Source: an uncultured Verrucomicrobiae bacterium (GTDB lineage Bacteria; Verrucomicrobiota; Verrucomicrobiia; Chthoniobacterales; UBA10450). Taken from it: a stretch of DNA of 64,000 nt. The stretch is from NCBI GenBank assembly GCA_963772365.1, contig CAVYXA010000003.1:544001-608000 (forward strand), read 5' to 3'. Shown piece after piece: positions 49,155 through 63,338 of this stretch; position 1 is the stretch's first letter; each line of letters begins with the position of its first letter. The notes beneath the pieces were generated by a model. That model did no database searches and was not told the DNA's origin. It saw only the letters and a list, made by a program, of their open reading frames with translations. The position numbers and the translations under genes are program-made.

Positions 49155-49733
49155 ATGATTTTAATAGGCATCCATCCCTATTCACGGAAAAAGCTTCTGG
49201 TAGTTGCTCTGGGTCTTCTTATTTGCCTCCGCTCGATCACCTGCTTCGGAGCACCGCTATATCTTGCCGTGAAGGCAACCCCGTACGATAAACAGATGAC
49301 CCGGATTCGTTCGGTTTTTTCCACGAAGGTGGCTACGAGCACGAACTTAACGCTCGCAATCGTAAACCGCTGGATTGAAGATCTTCGCGAAATTCCTTAC
49401 GGCTTTAGCCCAGAATGGAAGACTCCATCCGAAGTCGAATCGGGACCTGTAGCTGATTGCAAGGGCAAAGCAGTCGCGCTGTACGGGCGAATGCAAGCAC
49501 ATGGCGCAGACAATCTTCGATTGGTAATCGGCAAACGCACATCGATGAGCCGCCGGACCCACGCCTGGCTGGAATGGACTACGGACTCTGGAACCTACGT
49601 TCTCGATCCAACGATCAACTGGTCGGCTTGCCGGGCAGACGGGCTCGGCAGTCGAACGTACATTCCATTCTACGCCTACTCAGGCGATCGAAAATATCGC
49701 GCCGGCACCGCCGCGCTCTACGCAAAGAATTGA
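49155..49733 (+). CDS. Transglutaminase-like cysteine peptidase (BTLCP/LapG-like), secreted
   Basis: WKTP.E....ADCKGKA, THAWL, YVLDPT Cys-His-Asp triad; N-terminal hydrophobic segment. Confidence 0.82.
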   Translation: MILIGIHPYSRKKLLVVALGLLICLRSITCFGAPLYLAVKATPYDKQMTRIRSVFSTKVATSTNLTLAIVNRWIEDLREIPYGFSPEWKTPSEVESGPVADCKGKAVALYGRMQAHGADNLRLVIGKRTSMSRRTHAWLEWTTDSGTYVLDPTINWSACRADGLGSRTYIPFYAYSGDRKYRAGTAALYAKN

Positions 49734-49950
49734 CGGTTGCTCCCAGTAGTTATTTTAATTCGAAGAGACCGAGCCTCCACCTCACGTGACAAGGATGGGA
49801 AAGTTGCGTCGCAAGTGAGTTGCCAAAATTGGGGGCCTTCGCTTGGCCGAAGCGATTGACAGCTCGGTGCTGAAGGTGTTCCCTTGCATGCAGCGACAGT
49901 GGAATTGTAAACTGGTGTAAAATTTTTCCGGCGGGTGGAACATTTTTGTA

Positions 49951-49979
49951 TTGCCAAACGCTGGCCGGAATCATATCAT
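49951..49979 (+). promoter_or_regulatory. Sigma-70-type promoter
   Basis: TTGCCA-N17-TATCAT, 13 nt upstream of ATG 49993. Confidence 0.55.
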
Positions 49980-49992
49980 CTTTTTTGAAACT

Positions 49993-51333
49993 ATGGAAAT
50001 TATGAGACCGTCCTCGCTCCTCTTCGGCAAAGTTAGCTGCCTCTTTGGCTTCCTGTTCCTCGCCAGCATTACGGGTGGAATGGCAGCAGATTTGGTATTG
50101 CAAAAAGTGACGCCAGTTACGACCAAGCAAGCTGCTGTGTATCCGGAAAACGTGGCTCGCTATTATCTCGGTGCGCAACTTGAGGTCATGCCTCAGCGTA
50201 CTTCGATAGCTAGTCTGCAACTCAGCTCAAAATCGGAGGACACGAATACAGCGGAGGTCGCGCTTCTGTGTGACGATCCAACGGTTGGATATCCGTTATC
50301 GACCGGCACTACTACTTTGGTAGTGTCGTTGCCCGCAATCGAAAATATCGACACGATTTCATTAGTAAATCGCGGCACAAAAGGAACCCTGGACATCGCC
50401 GTTGCGAGTGCTGAGCTTTCCGCAGACAGCTCTCAATGGCATGACATTTCACAACAAGATGTGGATGGCGAAACGGTGAAAGCGAGAATTGGGCCAAGCG
50501 ATGCCAAGTATGTGCGGCTCACGTTTAAAGTAAAGAATGCCGGCCGGATTGCGGACCTCGGTATCTATTCCACGACCTCTGTGTCGGATTTCATGGCACC
50601 TCGGCTGCACAACGTAAATCTTCAAGAATCAAGCAGCCGCACGATCATAAACTATAACGTCACTAATCTGCATTCGACTTGCCGCGTGCTCTACGTCAGC
50701 TCAGGCGATGCTTTGAGCGAGGCAAATGAGATGATGGACGATCAGCCCACCACGGCATTTACATTTGCCAGCTCCGACAAATCGCCAACTGTTATTGTCG
50801 ATCTTGGAAAGGTTGTTCCTTTGCGCCGAATTTCTGCGCTCTATTCCCGCCGGCAAGGGAAGTTGGACGTGTACTTTTTGCCCTCTCTACCCGGTTCACA
50901 GATTGGTCAACAGAGTCTCAAACTAGATGCTAAGACTCTGACAGAGCTTCAACCAGTAGGCTCAGTGATGGACGAGGGCCGCGGCTACGCCTCCGTCGAT
51001 TTTCCGGCAACCGCGGGCCGTTACATGATGTTGAAATGGACGCCTGCGGGCCAGGGCGACCACGTGTTTTCCGTGGCGGAATTGGCAGCTTTTAGTGGCA
51101 GCGAACCGCCGAATTTGATTGCTGCAAATGTAAGTAGCACACGTCGCGAGGACATTTCCTCCAATGATTTTGACGGGAAGGATTTTGGCGACCCGAAGGA
51201 TTTCGCCGAGGGAAAGGACTTCAAAGAAGCCAAGGAAGCTCCTGCGGAAGCGCCTGCGGAAGGACCAGTCTCGCCGTTGCCGGCACCTCCTCCCTTTACT
51301 TTCATTCCAGTAGTGACTCCGGTTAGTCCTTGA
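49993..51333 (+). CDS. Secreted protein with two discoidin/F5-8-like beta domains and a low-complexity C-terminal tail
   Basis: Signal peptide; AKYVRLTF, VIVDLGK, GRYMMLKW, VAELAAF; tail DGKDF..PKDF.EGKDFKEAKEAPAE...PVSP. Confidence 0.7.
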   Translation: MEIMRPSSLLFGKVSCLFGFLFLASITGGMAADLVLQKVTPVTTKQAAVYPENVARYYLGAQLEVMPQRTSIASLQLSSKSEDTNTAEVALLCDDPTVGYPLSTGTTTLVVSLPAIENIDTISLVNRGTKGTLDIAVASAELSADSSQWHDISQQDVDGETVKARIGPSDAKYVRLTFKVKNAGRIADLGIYSTTSVSDFMAPRLHNVNLQESSSRTIINYNVTNLHSTCRVLYVSSGDALSEANEMMDDQPTTAFTFASSDKSPTVIVDLGKVVPLRRISALYSRRQGKLDVYFLPSLPGSQIGQQSLKLDAKTLTELQPVGSVMDEGRGYASVDFPATAGRYMMLKWTPAGQGDHVFSVAELAAFSGSEPPNLIAANVSSTRREDISSNDFDGKDFGDPKDFAEGKDFKEAKEAPAEAPAEGPVSPLPAPPPFTFIPVVTPVSP

Positions 51334-51392
51334 TTGCCATATTCAGCGCTAATTCGCAGAGCACAACGCACAACCGCTACATCTCTGTAGGA

Positions 51393-52659
51393 TCAAAGTT
51401 GGTCAGCCAAGAGCTGGAAAATCATGGTGTTTTCGAGTGATCCTTGCAGTGCCTCGGTTCCGGGACCGCTGCCAAACGCTATCACATCATCGACTGTGGG
51501 TAATGCTGGGCTTGTGTGAAACGCGCTTGGCTCAAGCTGCTCCATTTTCGATTGCTCGACCGATGGCTCACTTGGAAGCTTTGCGGCACCATAGGAGAGT
51601 TCGCCATTCGGACCGGTTGCCCATGTAATCCATGGTTGTCCGGCGGAGTTGAGGCCGATTATGGCAATACCACTATCCCGGCGAAAAGGGAAGCCACTCA
51701 GATTCATGCCGCCGACGCCGGCATCCCCGCAGACCACAATCGTCGATCCTTTACCTGAATAATTTCTTGCTACCGCGACTGCCCGATCTAGTTCGGCGGT
51801 TTCAATGAGTGTCCGCTCGGCCTTATCATTCTGCGCCGCAGTTCGCATCAAAGCTCCGTCAACAATCAAGAGATATCCGTGGGCATTATATTGAAGGAGC
51901 TCTATGGCGCGACGTGCCATATCGGCAAGGCTCGGTTGTTCGTCGCGCTCCTGGATCTGGTTTGCAAAGGCCAGCTCTGCCTTGCTAAATGCTCCAAAGA
52001 GTTTTGGACGCCGCCATGCCGGGACCGCTTCCAGTTCAGCTCGTGTCCGGACGATATCGAAACCATGGGGACGTAATTCATCCAGCAGGTCTCGCCGATC
52101 CTGGCGTTGACCGCCCTTTGATTGGGGAAGGAAATGGTCCAAGCCGCCACCTAAGGCGACATCGATGAAATCGCTCTGAATCAAGTCCAGCGCTATTTTG
52201 TCAGCATCGGTGGGATCGGCGGCGTGTGTGTAAAAGGCAGCACACGTTGGATCGGTGAGGCTGCCGTCCGTGACAAGGCCAATGGCCCGTCCTTTTTCCG
52301 TCGCTAACTCCACAATGCTAGTGAGCTTTCTTCCGTCGCGGTCAACGGCCACCAAGCGATTGTTTACTTTCACACCTGTCGCTAGTGCAGTCGCCGCCGC
52401 AGCTTCGTCGGGAGTCGCAAAATCATTTGAATAGTTACGTAGCAAGGCGAGATGGCTCATTGAATCGAGGGAGAGACGGGCGTCCGCGCCGCCGACGTAA
52501 ATTCTGCGTGGCAGCGAGCCTCCCGGGAGTAAGGCCCTCTCCGATAAAAAGAATGATCCCAAAAGGTTTTTGGACGACCCAATGTTGAAAGTAAACAACC
52601 CCGATGCCGGCAAAGGCGAGAAGGCAAAGCAGGGCGAGCAATTGATTGCGCCACTTCAC
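51393..52659 (-). CDS. Alkaline-phosphatase-fold protein, membrane-anchored, catalytic residues altered (frameshift ~52505)
   Basis: IILFIGEG, AAAATALATGVKV, GLVT, DVALGGG, PSLADM...AIELL, GPG; N-terminal TM. Confidence 0.85.
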
Positions 52660-52753
52660 GAGGGCGATCTGAATGCGCTCTGCTCTGCTTGTCAATCCCG
52701 CACGTGGTAAACCGCTTGTCGATTGCTATTATTCGCCGCCAAACTGCGCGAGT

Positions 52754-54287
52754 ATGGCAGCGCCGGTCATGCTGATTATTCGCGACGGGTGGGGAATAAA
52801 CCCGGGCGGCCTGGAAAAACGAGAAACAAACGGAGATGCAACCCTTCTGGCCCGCACCCGTTTTCACGACAAGATGTATCGCGACTATCCGGGCTCCAGA
52901 CTAAGTGCCAGCGGAGCGGATGTGGGCCTGCCGGATGGGCAGATGGGTAATTCCGAAGTGGGCCATCTCAACCTCGGCGCTGGCCGCATTGTTTATCAAG
53001 ATCTTACGCGGATCAACAAGGCGATCATCGCCGGCGAATTGAAACGCAACCAAGTTCTCCAAGGTACGTTTGCCGCTACGCGCGGTCACCGCCTTCATCT
53101 GCTCGGTCTGGTATCTGACGGAGGTGTCCACAGCCATTACTCGCATCTCATTGCTTTGGCCAACGCAGCTCGCGAAGCGGGGATAGCTGAAATCTTCGTC
53201 CATGCCTTTACCGATGGACGTGACAGTTCGCCTACGGGTGGAGCAGGATTTCTGAGAACGTGTGAAGAGCAGTTAGCCGAGAGCGGCGCAAAGATCGTGA
53301 CAGTCGTGGGCCGCTATTTTGCTATGGATCGGGACCGTCGCTGGGATCGAACGAAAAAAGCATGGGACGCGGTCGTTCTCGGGCGGGGCGAGATTTCGAA
53401 ACCTCCGCCCTCGGCAGCGGTGGATCGACAATACAAAAAGGGCAATACGGATGAGTTCATGCCGGCAATGATTTTTTCACACCCGAACGAGCAGCGGATC
53501 CGGGACGGAGATACGGTGCTATTTTTCAACTTTCGCGCCGATCGCGCCCGGCAACTTTCGCAGGCGTTCTTGCTCAAAGAGTTTAATGGCTTCAACCGCG
53601 AGGTGTGGCCGCAAGTGCGCTACTTAACGCTCACGCAGTACGATGTGACGTATCCATCACCGTACATTTTTGCTCCCGAGAAGTTGGTTCACATTTTGGG
53701 CGAAGTCGTGAGCAATTCGGGTAAGAGGCAGTTACGCATTGCGGAGACGGAAAAATATCCGCATGTCACCTATTTCTTTAACGGCGGAATCGAAGCGGCC
53801 GTTTCCGGGAGAAGATCGTAAAATTGTGCCTTCGCCCAAGGTGGCGACATACGATCTTCAGCCGGAAATGAGCGCGCCAGAAGTCACTGAAGAAGTCTTG
53901 GCGCGCATGGACAATTATGACTTGATCATTCTCAATTTCGCCAATCCTGACATGGTTGGCCACACGGGTATTGTCGAAGCTGGAATCAAAGCCGTCGAAA
54001 CCGTCGATGCATGCGTCGGTCGAATTATTGAACGGCTGCTCGCCCTTGGCGGAAAATGTCTGGTTACTGCGGATCATGGAAACTGCGAACAAATGCGGAA
54101 CCCGGATGGTTCCCCCAATACGGCGCACACTACGAACTTAGTACACTGCATCCATGTTGGATCAGATGCTGCGAGATTTCGCTGTCGGGATGGGATTCTA
54201 GCCGATGTCGCACCAACCTTGTTGTTTCTTCTGGGCCTTCCTCAACCAGCGGAAATGACAGGCCGTAACCTGCTCGTTTCGATTTGA
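52754..54287 (+). CDS. gpmI: 2,3-bisphosphoglycerate-independent phosphoglycerate mutase (frameshift ~53795)
   Basis: [49 protein letters not shown]. Confidence 0.95.
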
Positions 54288-54318
54288 GTCAATCGTCAGG
54301 CGCGTAATTTTTTCTGCA

Positions 54319-55144
54319 TTACGGTACGTCCTCAGTCACTTCGCCATTTGTTTCTTCGCCGATTTCTTCTTCGATTTCGCGGCGCCATTCCCGTTTGATC
54401 CAGGGACGGGCAAACCCGTACAGCAAATAGGCCAAAAATAAGACTGCAGGCATCCATTCGTAGTCCAGCACGGTGAGAACAAGGACCAGACTGATTGCCA
54501 AGAATCGCGGGATCGACTTCGCCGTTTTCCAGTTGATTCCCTTGAAACTGGGATAGCGGAAGCGGCTGAACATCATGAAGGAGAGAAAAAGCATCAGGGG
54601 TGGCAAAAGAAATTTCCAGTTACCGAGCCGTCGCTCGCTTTCTGCCATCCACAGCATGAAAAGAGTAATTGAAGCGATGAGACCCGCCGCAGCGGGAATC
54701 GGAAATCCTCGGAATTCCTTTTCCGCCGGAGTTGTGATTGGCCGACATGCAGTTGAATCGGGCGAGGCGAAGACCCCCGCAAGCCAGATAGACGAAAGCC
54801 ACAATCCAGCCGGCTCGGGGAAATTCCTGAAGCACGATTCGGTAAACCAGGAGTGCCGGCGCGACGCCGAATGAAACAATGTCGGCCAATGAATCGAACT
54901 CGCGGCCAAACGCGCTATCATGGCCGCCGAGCCGAGCCAGACGTCCGTCGAGAAAATCAAACACGAAAGCTCCCAAAATGAACCAGATTGCGGCGTGAAA
55001 AAGATCCGCTGCCGCGTCAGGATCGGAAGCTTGCAGGAGTGCGCCTTGAAGAATCTTGAGCGTAGCGGCAAAACCACAGAACAGGTTTGCCGCAGTCATT
55101 AGGTTCGGCAGCAGATAGATTTTAGGCGGGCTCTGTTCGTTCAT
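54319..55144 (-). CDS. pssA: CDP-diacylglycerol--serine O-phosphatidyltransferase (frameshift ~54720)
   Basis: LPNLMT.ANL, DFLDGRLAR, GREFDSLAD.VSFGVAPA, RLARFN, F.GFPIPAAA. Confidence 0.92.
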
Positions 55145-55146
55145 GA

Positions 55147-55777
55147 TCAAGGCAGGCGCGCGATGATTGTCGATCCTCCAAGAACGTGATCGCCCACTTT
55201 CACCAGAATTTCAGCGTTGAGCGGCAAGTATACTTCCGTTCGCGAACCGAAGCGAATCATTCCAAAGCGTTCTCCCTTTCTTAATTCGTCTCCGATCTGT
55301 GACCAGGCGACGATGCGGCGGGCGATTGCGCCTGTAATCTGGCGCACGATGATGGTTGCCTGTGAATTTTTAAACGCCCAAGTCATCGCCTCGTTTTTCT
55401 CGGAACAGTCGGGACGACGCGCATCGAGGCAGAGACCCTTACGATGTTGCCGATAAATCACCCGACCACTGATCGGTGCCCGATTAGTATGAACGTCGAA
55501 GATCGACAGGAAAATGCCGATACGGCGCATCTTGGTTTTCAAGACCTCGCTTTCATCAATATCTATGATCTCGGTGATTGTTCCGTCTGCCGCAGCCACA
55601 ACATGACTTGGATCGACCGGCGCGCCACGACCCGGATCCCGAAAGAACGCGAGTGTAACAGAGAATCAGGATCCAAAAAATGATTGCTAACCAGATCGAG
55701 ACAAACCAACTGGCAACAGCCAATAGGCCTAGAATCGCCAGAATCCAGGCCGCTTCGGCAAGAGTTTGTGAGCGCAT
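55147..55777 (-). CDS. psd: Phosphatidylserine decarboxylase (frameshift ~55650)
   Basis: FFRDP-like motif, AADG, IFLSIFDVHTNRAP, GMIRFGSRTEVYLP. Confidence 0.92.
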
Positions 55778-55943
55778 GAAAAGGCCTAATTTTCGGTCGT
55801 AAAACTGGTCGGTCAAGAGCGCCTCGGGATCAATGAAACGAAGGGACGCCCGTGGAAATCTCCGCCACAAAATATTGTAGTTTTGGACCCCAGACTCCCA
55901 AGATGTAGCGCAAAATTCCTTTTGTAAAACCACGACTTATTAG

Positions 55944-58589
<2,646 letters not shown>

Positions 58590-58638
58590 CGTGAAGCTAA
58601 TAATGGCGCGGCCTACTCAACAAGATTGATTAAGAAAG

Positions 58639-61233
58639 ATGCTGACTCCAAACGAAAAAATTGAACCGGTAAACGTGGCCGAAGAAGTCTCGAGATCGTT
58701 CCTCGATTACTCGATGTCGGTCATCATTTCGCGCGCGTTGCCGGATGCGCGCGATGGACTGAAGCCATCGCAGCGGAGAATTTTGTATGCGATGCACGAT
58801 TTGTCGCTGTTCCCGAATCGGCAGCATCGTAAATGTGCGAAAATTTGCGGCGATACGAGCGGTAATTATCACCCTCACGGCGAAGCAGTGATCTACCCCA
58901 CCCTGGTTCACATGGCGCAGCCGTGGGCCATGCGGGAGCGGTTAGTCGATGGTCAGGGCAATTTCGGGTCGGTTGAAGGCGATCCGCCCGCGGCGATGCG
59001 GTACACCGAGGCGCGCATGACGCATCTGGGCGCAGCGCTCATGACCGACATGGAGAAGGACACGGTCGATTTCGTTCCGAACTACGACGAAACCCGGACC
59101 GAGCCGACTGTTTTTCCATCTGCGTTCCCGAACCTGCTCGTTAACGGTGGGACTGGCATCGCAGTCGGCATGGCGACAAACATGCCCCCACACAACCTCG
59201 TTGAAGTGATCGATGGCATTTGCGCTCAGATCGACAGTCCGGAGATCACAGCCGAAGAGCTAATGAAGTTTGTCAAAGGTCCGGATTTCCCGACCGGTTG
59301 CGCCATTTGCGGTACCAGCGGCGTAAAACAATATCTCGAAACCGGACGCGGCAGCATGAAGGTGCGCGGCAAAGTCGGCGTCGAGGAAATCAAGGGCGGC
59401 AAGGAACAGATCGTCATTACCGAGATTCCCTTCAACGTAAATCGGGCGACCCTGGTCGAGCGCATTGCGGATTTGGTGAACGAGAAAATTCTTGGTGAGA
59501 TTACGGCAGTGCGGGACGAATCGGATGAGAACACGCGCGTGGTTATCGAGTTGAAGCGGGACGCGAATCCGAAGATCGTCATCAACAATCTTTACAAACA
59601 CACCGCGATGGAAAGCTCGTTCGCGGTGAACATGCTGGCGATCGATCACGGCCGGCCAAAGCTCCTGACGCTCAAAGACGCCAACCAGGCGTATATCGAT
59701 CATCGCCGCGAGGTAATTCTGCGGCGGACACGCTTCGAGCTTCGCAAAGCGGAGGAGCGCGCCGAAACGCTCGAAGGTTATCTCATCGCGCTTAAGAATC
59801 TGGATGAATTCATCCGCATCATTCGCGGATCGGCCAATCGCGACGAAGCCCGGATCAAGTTACTGGCCTTCGACTTTAACAAAAAGCAGGTCGAGCAAAT
59901 CGGAATCGTGATACGCAACCCGGCCCGGTTGACCGATGGGCGTTACGCATTCAGCGAGCATCAAGCGAATCAGATTCTCGATCTTCGCCTTTACCAGCTC
60001 ACCGGCATGGAGCGGGAGAAGATCGAAAGCGAATACACGGCACTTATCGAATCGATCAAAGATCTTCGGGATATTCTGGCCAAGGAACAGCGCGTCTTCA
60101 CGATTATCAAAAAGGAGCTGCGTGAGATTCGTGACAAACACGGTTCACCGCGCCTGACGGAATTCATACAGGACGAGGGCGAGATCAACATGGAAGATCT
60201 CATCGCCAACGAGGGCTGCATCATCAGCATCACTCATGGCGGTTTCATCAAGCGCACTGCAGTCAGCGCATTTCGGGCGCAGCGTCGCGGCGGTAAGGGC
60301 GTGATTGGCATGTCCACGCGCGAAGGCGCGACCGAGGAAGAAGAGGGCGATTTTGTCGAGCATCTCTTCACAGCCACGACCCACGACTATCTGATGTTCT
60401 TCACTCAGTCCGGACGCGCTTACGTTGAAAAGGTTTATGAGATTCCCGAGATGGGACGCGCGGCCAAGGGTCGTTCCATCGCCAATATTCTGGAACTGCG
60501 GCCGGATGAAAAAATCGCCGCCACCATTCGCGTTCAATCCAAAAAATCCGGCACCGGCGCCGCGGCGGTGGATGAGACCTGGGACGAGGACTTCCACATC
60601 GTATTCGCGACCCGCACCGGGATCGTCAAGAAATCGAACCTTTCCGATTACGCCAATGTGCGAAAAGGCGGAATCATCGCGATTCAAATCGAGGAGGGTG
60701 ACTGCCTGATCGACGCCAAACTAACCAACGGCAATAACGAGATCGTCCTCATCACAAAGGAAGGAATGAGTCTGCGTTTTCACGAGGAGCAATTGCGCGA
60801 TCAGGGACGCAACACTGTCGGTGTCTGGGGAATTCGCCCTGCCAAGAAGGACCTCGTCGTCGCGATCGCCATTGTCGATCCTGATTCCATGTTGCTGGTG
60901 GCGGGCGAAAACGGGATCGGCAAACGCACGGCATTTGATGACTACCGGAAACAAAACCGCGGCGGCAAAGGAATCATCACCATGAAAACCGGTACCAAAA
61001 CGGGCGATGTTGTCGGCGCGCTGACTGTACGTGAAGCGGACGAGATCATGTTGATCACGACTAAAGGCCAAATGGTCCGGACCCGCGTGAAAGAAATCCG
61101 TGAGACTGGCCGCAACACGATGGGCGTGAAACTGATGGATCTCCGCGGAGCCGAGAAATTGCAGGCGATCGCCCCGGTGGTCAGTCAGACCGAAGAAGAA
61201 GCGCAAAGCTCGGAAGCAACGCCTGCCGCCTAA
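58639..61233 (+). CDS. gyrA: DNA gyrase subunit A
   Basis: RDGLKP, YHPHG, AAMRYTE, GyrA-box QRRGGKG, C-terminal pinwheel repeats. Confidence 0.97.
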   Translation: MLTPNEKIEPVNVAEEVSRSFLDYSMSVIISRALPDARDGLKPSQRRILYAMHDLSLFPNRQHRKCAKICGDTSGNYHPHGEAVIYPTLVHMAQPWAMRERLVDGQGNFGSVEGDPPAAMRYTEARMTHLGAALMTDMEKDTVDFVPNYDETRTEPTVFPSAFPNLLVNGGTGIAVGMATNMPPHNLVEVIDGICAQIDSPEITAEELMKFVKGPDFPTGCAICGTSGVKQYLETGRGSMKVRGKVGVEEIKGGKEQIVITEIPFNVNRATLVERIADLVNEKILGEITAVRDESDENTRVVIELKRDANPKIVINNLYKHTAMESSFAVNMLAIDHGRPKLLTLKDANQAYIDHRREVILRRTRFELRKAEERAETLEGYLIALKNLDEFIRIIRGSANRDEARIKLLAFDFNKKQVEQIGIVIRNPARLTDGRYAFSEHQANQILDLRLYQLTGMEREKIESEYTALIESIKDLRDILAKEQRVFTIIKKELREIRDKHGSPRLTEFIQDEGEINMEDLIANEGCIISITHGGFIKRTAVSAFRAQRRGGKGVIGMSTREGATEEEEGDFVEHLFTATTHDYLMFFTQSGRAYVEKVYEIPEMGRAAKGRSIANILELRPDEKIAATIRVQSKKSGTGAAAVDETWDEDFHIVFATRTGIVKKSNLSDYANVRKGGIIAIQIEEGDCLIDAKLTNGNNEIVLITKEGMSLRFHEEQLRDQGRNTVGVWGIRPAKKDLVVAIAIVDPDSMLLVAGENGIGKRTAFDDYRKQNRGGKGIITMKTGTKTGDVVGALTVREADEIMLITTKGQMVRTRVKEIRETGRNTMGVKLMDLRGAEKLQAIAPVVSQTEEEAQSSEATPAA

Positions 61234-61356
61234 CGCTTTGCCGATGGTCAGCCGCCCGAGATCAGAACTACTTGCCTGGGGCAGTCGCAATCCGTTGAGG
61301 ATCGATCAGAGAGTCTTGATCGTTGTTCCCAACAGCGATCTTCGGCTCACAAGAGA

Positions 61357-61530
61357 TCAATAACGCCCCGTGCGCTGTACAGTCGTCTCGTGAGTCGTCG
61401 CAGGCTGCGTTACGGCCGTTTCTTCCGTAGTAGTTGTAGTAGTGGTGGTCTCAGCATCATGCGCGCATGACGCCAAAAACATCGTTCCTGCGACCAAAAG
61501 CAACGGCATGAGTATAATCAGTTTTTTCAT
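61357..61530 (-). CDS. Small Thr-rich lipoprotein
   Basis: MKK plus hydrophobic core, lipobox LASC, mature part ETTTTTTTTEET... Confidence 0.75.
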   Translation of the reverse strand: MKKLIILMPLLLVAGTMFLASCAHDAETTTTTTTTEETAVTQPATTHETTVQRTGRY

Positions 61531-61613
61531 AAGTTGATGTTGTCGATTCAAGAAGAGATTCGATGCAAACCCCTTCCGCAGATGTATTAGGAACGCAAAA
61601 AAACAGGAATTCG

Positions 61614-62669
61614 CTACGCGGCTGCGATGGGAACTTCCCGTCCAGTGGCACTCGAAGCATAAATCGCATCAATCATTTCCATCAGAGCCACCGCCTGATT
61701 GGCGTCATTTTCCGGAGTCGCACGGCCCGCGATACTCTCAACAAAATTTCGCAATTGTAGTTCGAAACTGTTGGGCGCAGCCTCATCAATCGCTAGAGGC
61801 GCGGAAACGAGTTCGCCTTGTCGATCTTCAAACAAACGCAGCGGATTTAATTGCACCGTGCCTTTCGTGCCGTAAACGATGGAGTTGATCAGTTCGCGTC
61901 CAAAATATTTCCTTGGCGGAATATCGTCGGTCAGGTTGCCGGCCCATGACGTTTCCAAGTGTACGACTGCGCCAGTCTCAAATCGAATGAATGCATACAC
62001 TGCATCCTCGACATCAAAAACTGGCGTCTTCACAAGATGCTCGAAATTTCGGAAAACCTGCGCGCTCACGGAAACAGGACGCGGCGTTCCCATCAAATAC
62101 CACACCGAATCCAGCGCGTGCACGCCGATGTCGATCAAAGCGCCGCCCCCGGACCGTTTCTTCTCCGTAAACCAATCGCCAATTCCCACCGGAATTCCCC
62201 GGGAGCGCACAAATGTCGTTTTCGCGTGATAAATTCGACCGAGTCGCCCCTGGTCCACGACAGCTTTCGCCGCGCGCATACCGGGAGTGAAACGGTATTG
62301 CCGGCTGAAAAAATAGATCAGTCCGCGTTTGCTGGCTTCTTCTCGTAGCACTTTCATCTCCGCCGCATTCATGGTGGGCGGCTTCTCGCACAGAACATGT
62401 TTGCCCGATTCCAGAGCTGCAAGTGACGCCGGGAAATGCAGAAAATTTGGCAAACAAATGATGACGGCATCGATTTCTCGATCTTGCAGAACGTCGTGAT
62501 AATCGCTGTAAGCTTTCGCCGGCGCGTGTTTTTTCTGAAACGCGCTGCGCCGGTTTTCATCGAGATCTGCGAATGCATGCAGGGTCGCATCCTGAATCTC
62601 GCGGATCGCGAGCGCATGCATCTCGCCGGGCCAACCCGCGCCTATAATCCCTATCTTGAGGTTGTTCAT
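61614..62669 (-). CDS. Gfo/Idh/MocA oxidoreductase
   Basis: IGIIGAG, GKHVLCEKP, GGGALIDIGVH. Confidence 0.93.
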   Translation of the reverse strand: MNNLKIGIIGAGWPGEMHALAIREIQDATLHAFADLDENRRSAFQKKHAPAKAYSDYHDVLQDREIDAVIICLPNFLHFPASLAALESGKHVLCEKPPTMNAAEMKVLREEASKRGLIYFFSRQYRFTPGMRAAKAVVDQGRLGRIYHAKTTFVRSRGIPVGIGDWFTEKKRSGGGALIDIGVHALDSVWYLMGTPRPVSVSAQVFRNFEHLVKTPVFDVEDAVYAFIRFETGAVVHLETSWAGNLTDDIPPRKYFGRELINSIVYGTKGTVQLNPLRLFEDRQGELVSAPLAIDEAAPNSFELQLRNFVESIAGRATPENDANQAVALMEMIDAIYASSATGREVPIAAA

Positions 62670-62678
62670 AGTCGCCTC

Positions 62679-63068
62679 TTAGAGGTCGATCCTGGCCCGG
62701 CGGCGCTTGATTTCGCTGCGTTTACGCTTCGATTCGAGAATTTTTCGCTTCAGTGCGGGAGGCCGCGGCGATTTTCTCCGGCGCTCTTTTTCACGCCGAG
62801 CGATTTCATTCGCGTTGCGTGTCTCCAGAGTTTTCTCGATGTTGGCAATCAACCGTTCCCGAGCCAGCTTCCGATTTCGGGCTTGCGACCGGGAATCCTG
62901 CACTGTCACGCTGATTCCGCTCGGCCGATGGCGCAACGTAACAGCAGTCGAAACCTTGTTTACGTTTTGGCCGCCCGGACCACCTGAGCGCGCGAATGTT
63001 TCGTCAAGATCGCTCTCGCGAATGCCAAGTTGTTGCATCCGTTGCTGGAGCGAATCCTCCGCGTTCAT
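62679..63068 (-). CDS. Stand-alone RF-1/GGQ-domain peptidyl-tRNA hydrolase (ArfB/C12orf65-like ribosome rescue factor)
   Basis: [26 protein letters not shown], basic C-terminal tail. Confidence 0.88.
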   Translation of the reverse strand: MNAEDSLQQRMQQLGIRESDLDETFARSGGPGGQNVNKVSTAVTLRHRPSGISVTVQDSRSQARNRKLARERLIANIEKTLETRNANEIARREKERRRKSPRPPALKRKILESKRKRSEIKRRRARIDL

Positions 63069-63086
63069 CGTTGGCAAAAACAGAAT

Positions 63087-63173
63087 TGCCGATGGCCGGA
63101 CTCGAACCGGCACGGGCCTGTTACGGCCCAACGGATTTTAAGTCCGTTGCGTCTGCCATTTCGCCACATCGGC
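63087..63173 (-). tRNA. tRNA-Leu (anticodon TAA), CCA not encoded
   Basis: GCCGATG acceptor stem, TGGCAGAC D-loop, ACGGA-CTTAAAA-TCCGT anticodon arm, long variable arm, GGTTCGAGTCC. Confidence 0.96.
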
Positions 63174-63338
63174 TTAGTCGCCGCGAACTTTAGCCGCATT
63201 TGGCCGGCCGACCAAAATGAATTCGTCTGCGGGACGCACTTCTCTCTGAAGACGCTTCTGCTTTGGGCTTGACCAAAAAGCGCAGTCCTGTCACAAGCAG
63301 GAACCATCGAGATCTCGCCGATCATACCAAGCGCACTC

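Noticed and set aside
63060..63173. tRNA-Leu as an integration site
   Set aside because: No integrase nearby, no duplicated tRNA 3' end seen, and the 3' flank is ordinary housekeeping genes
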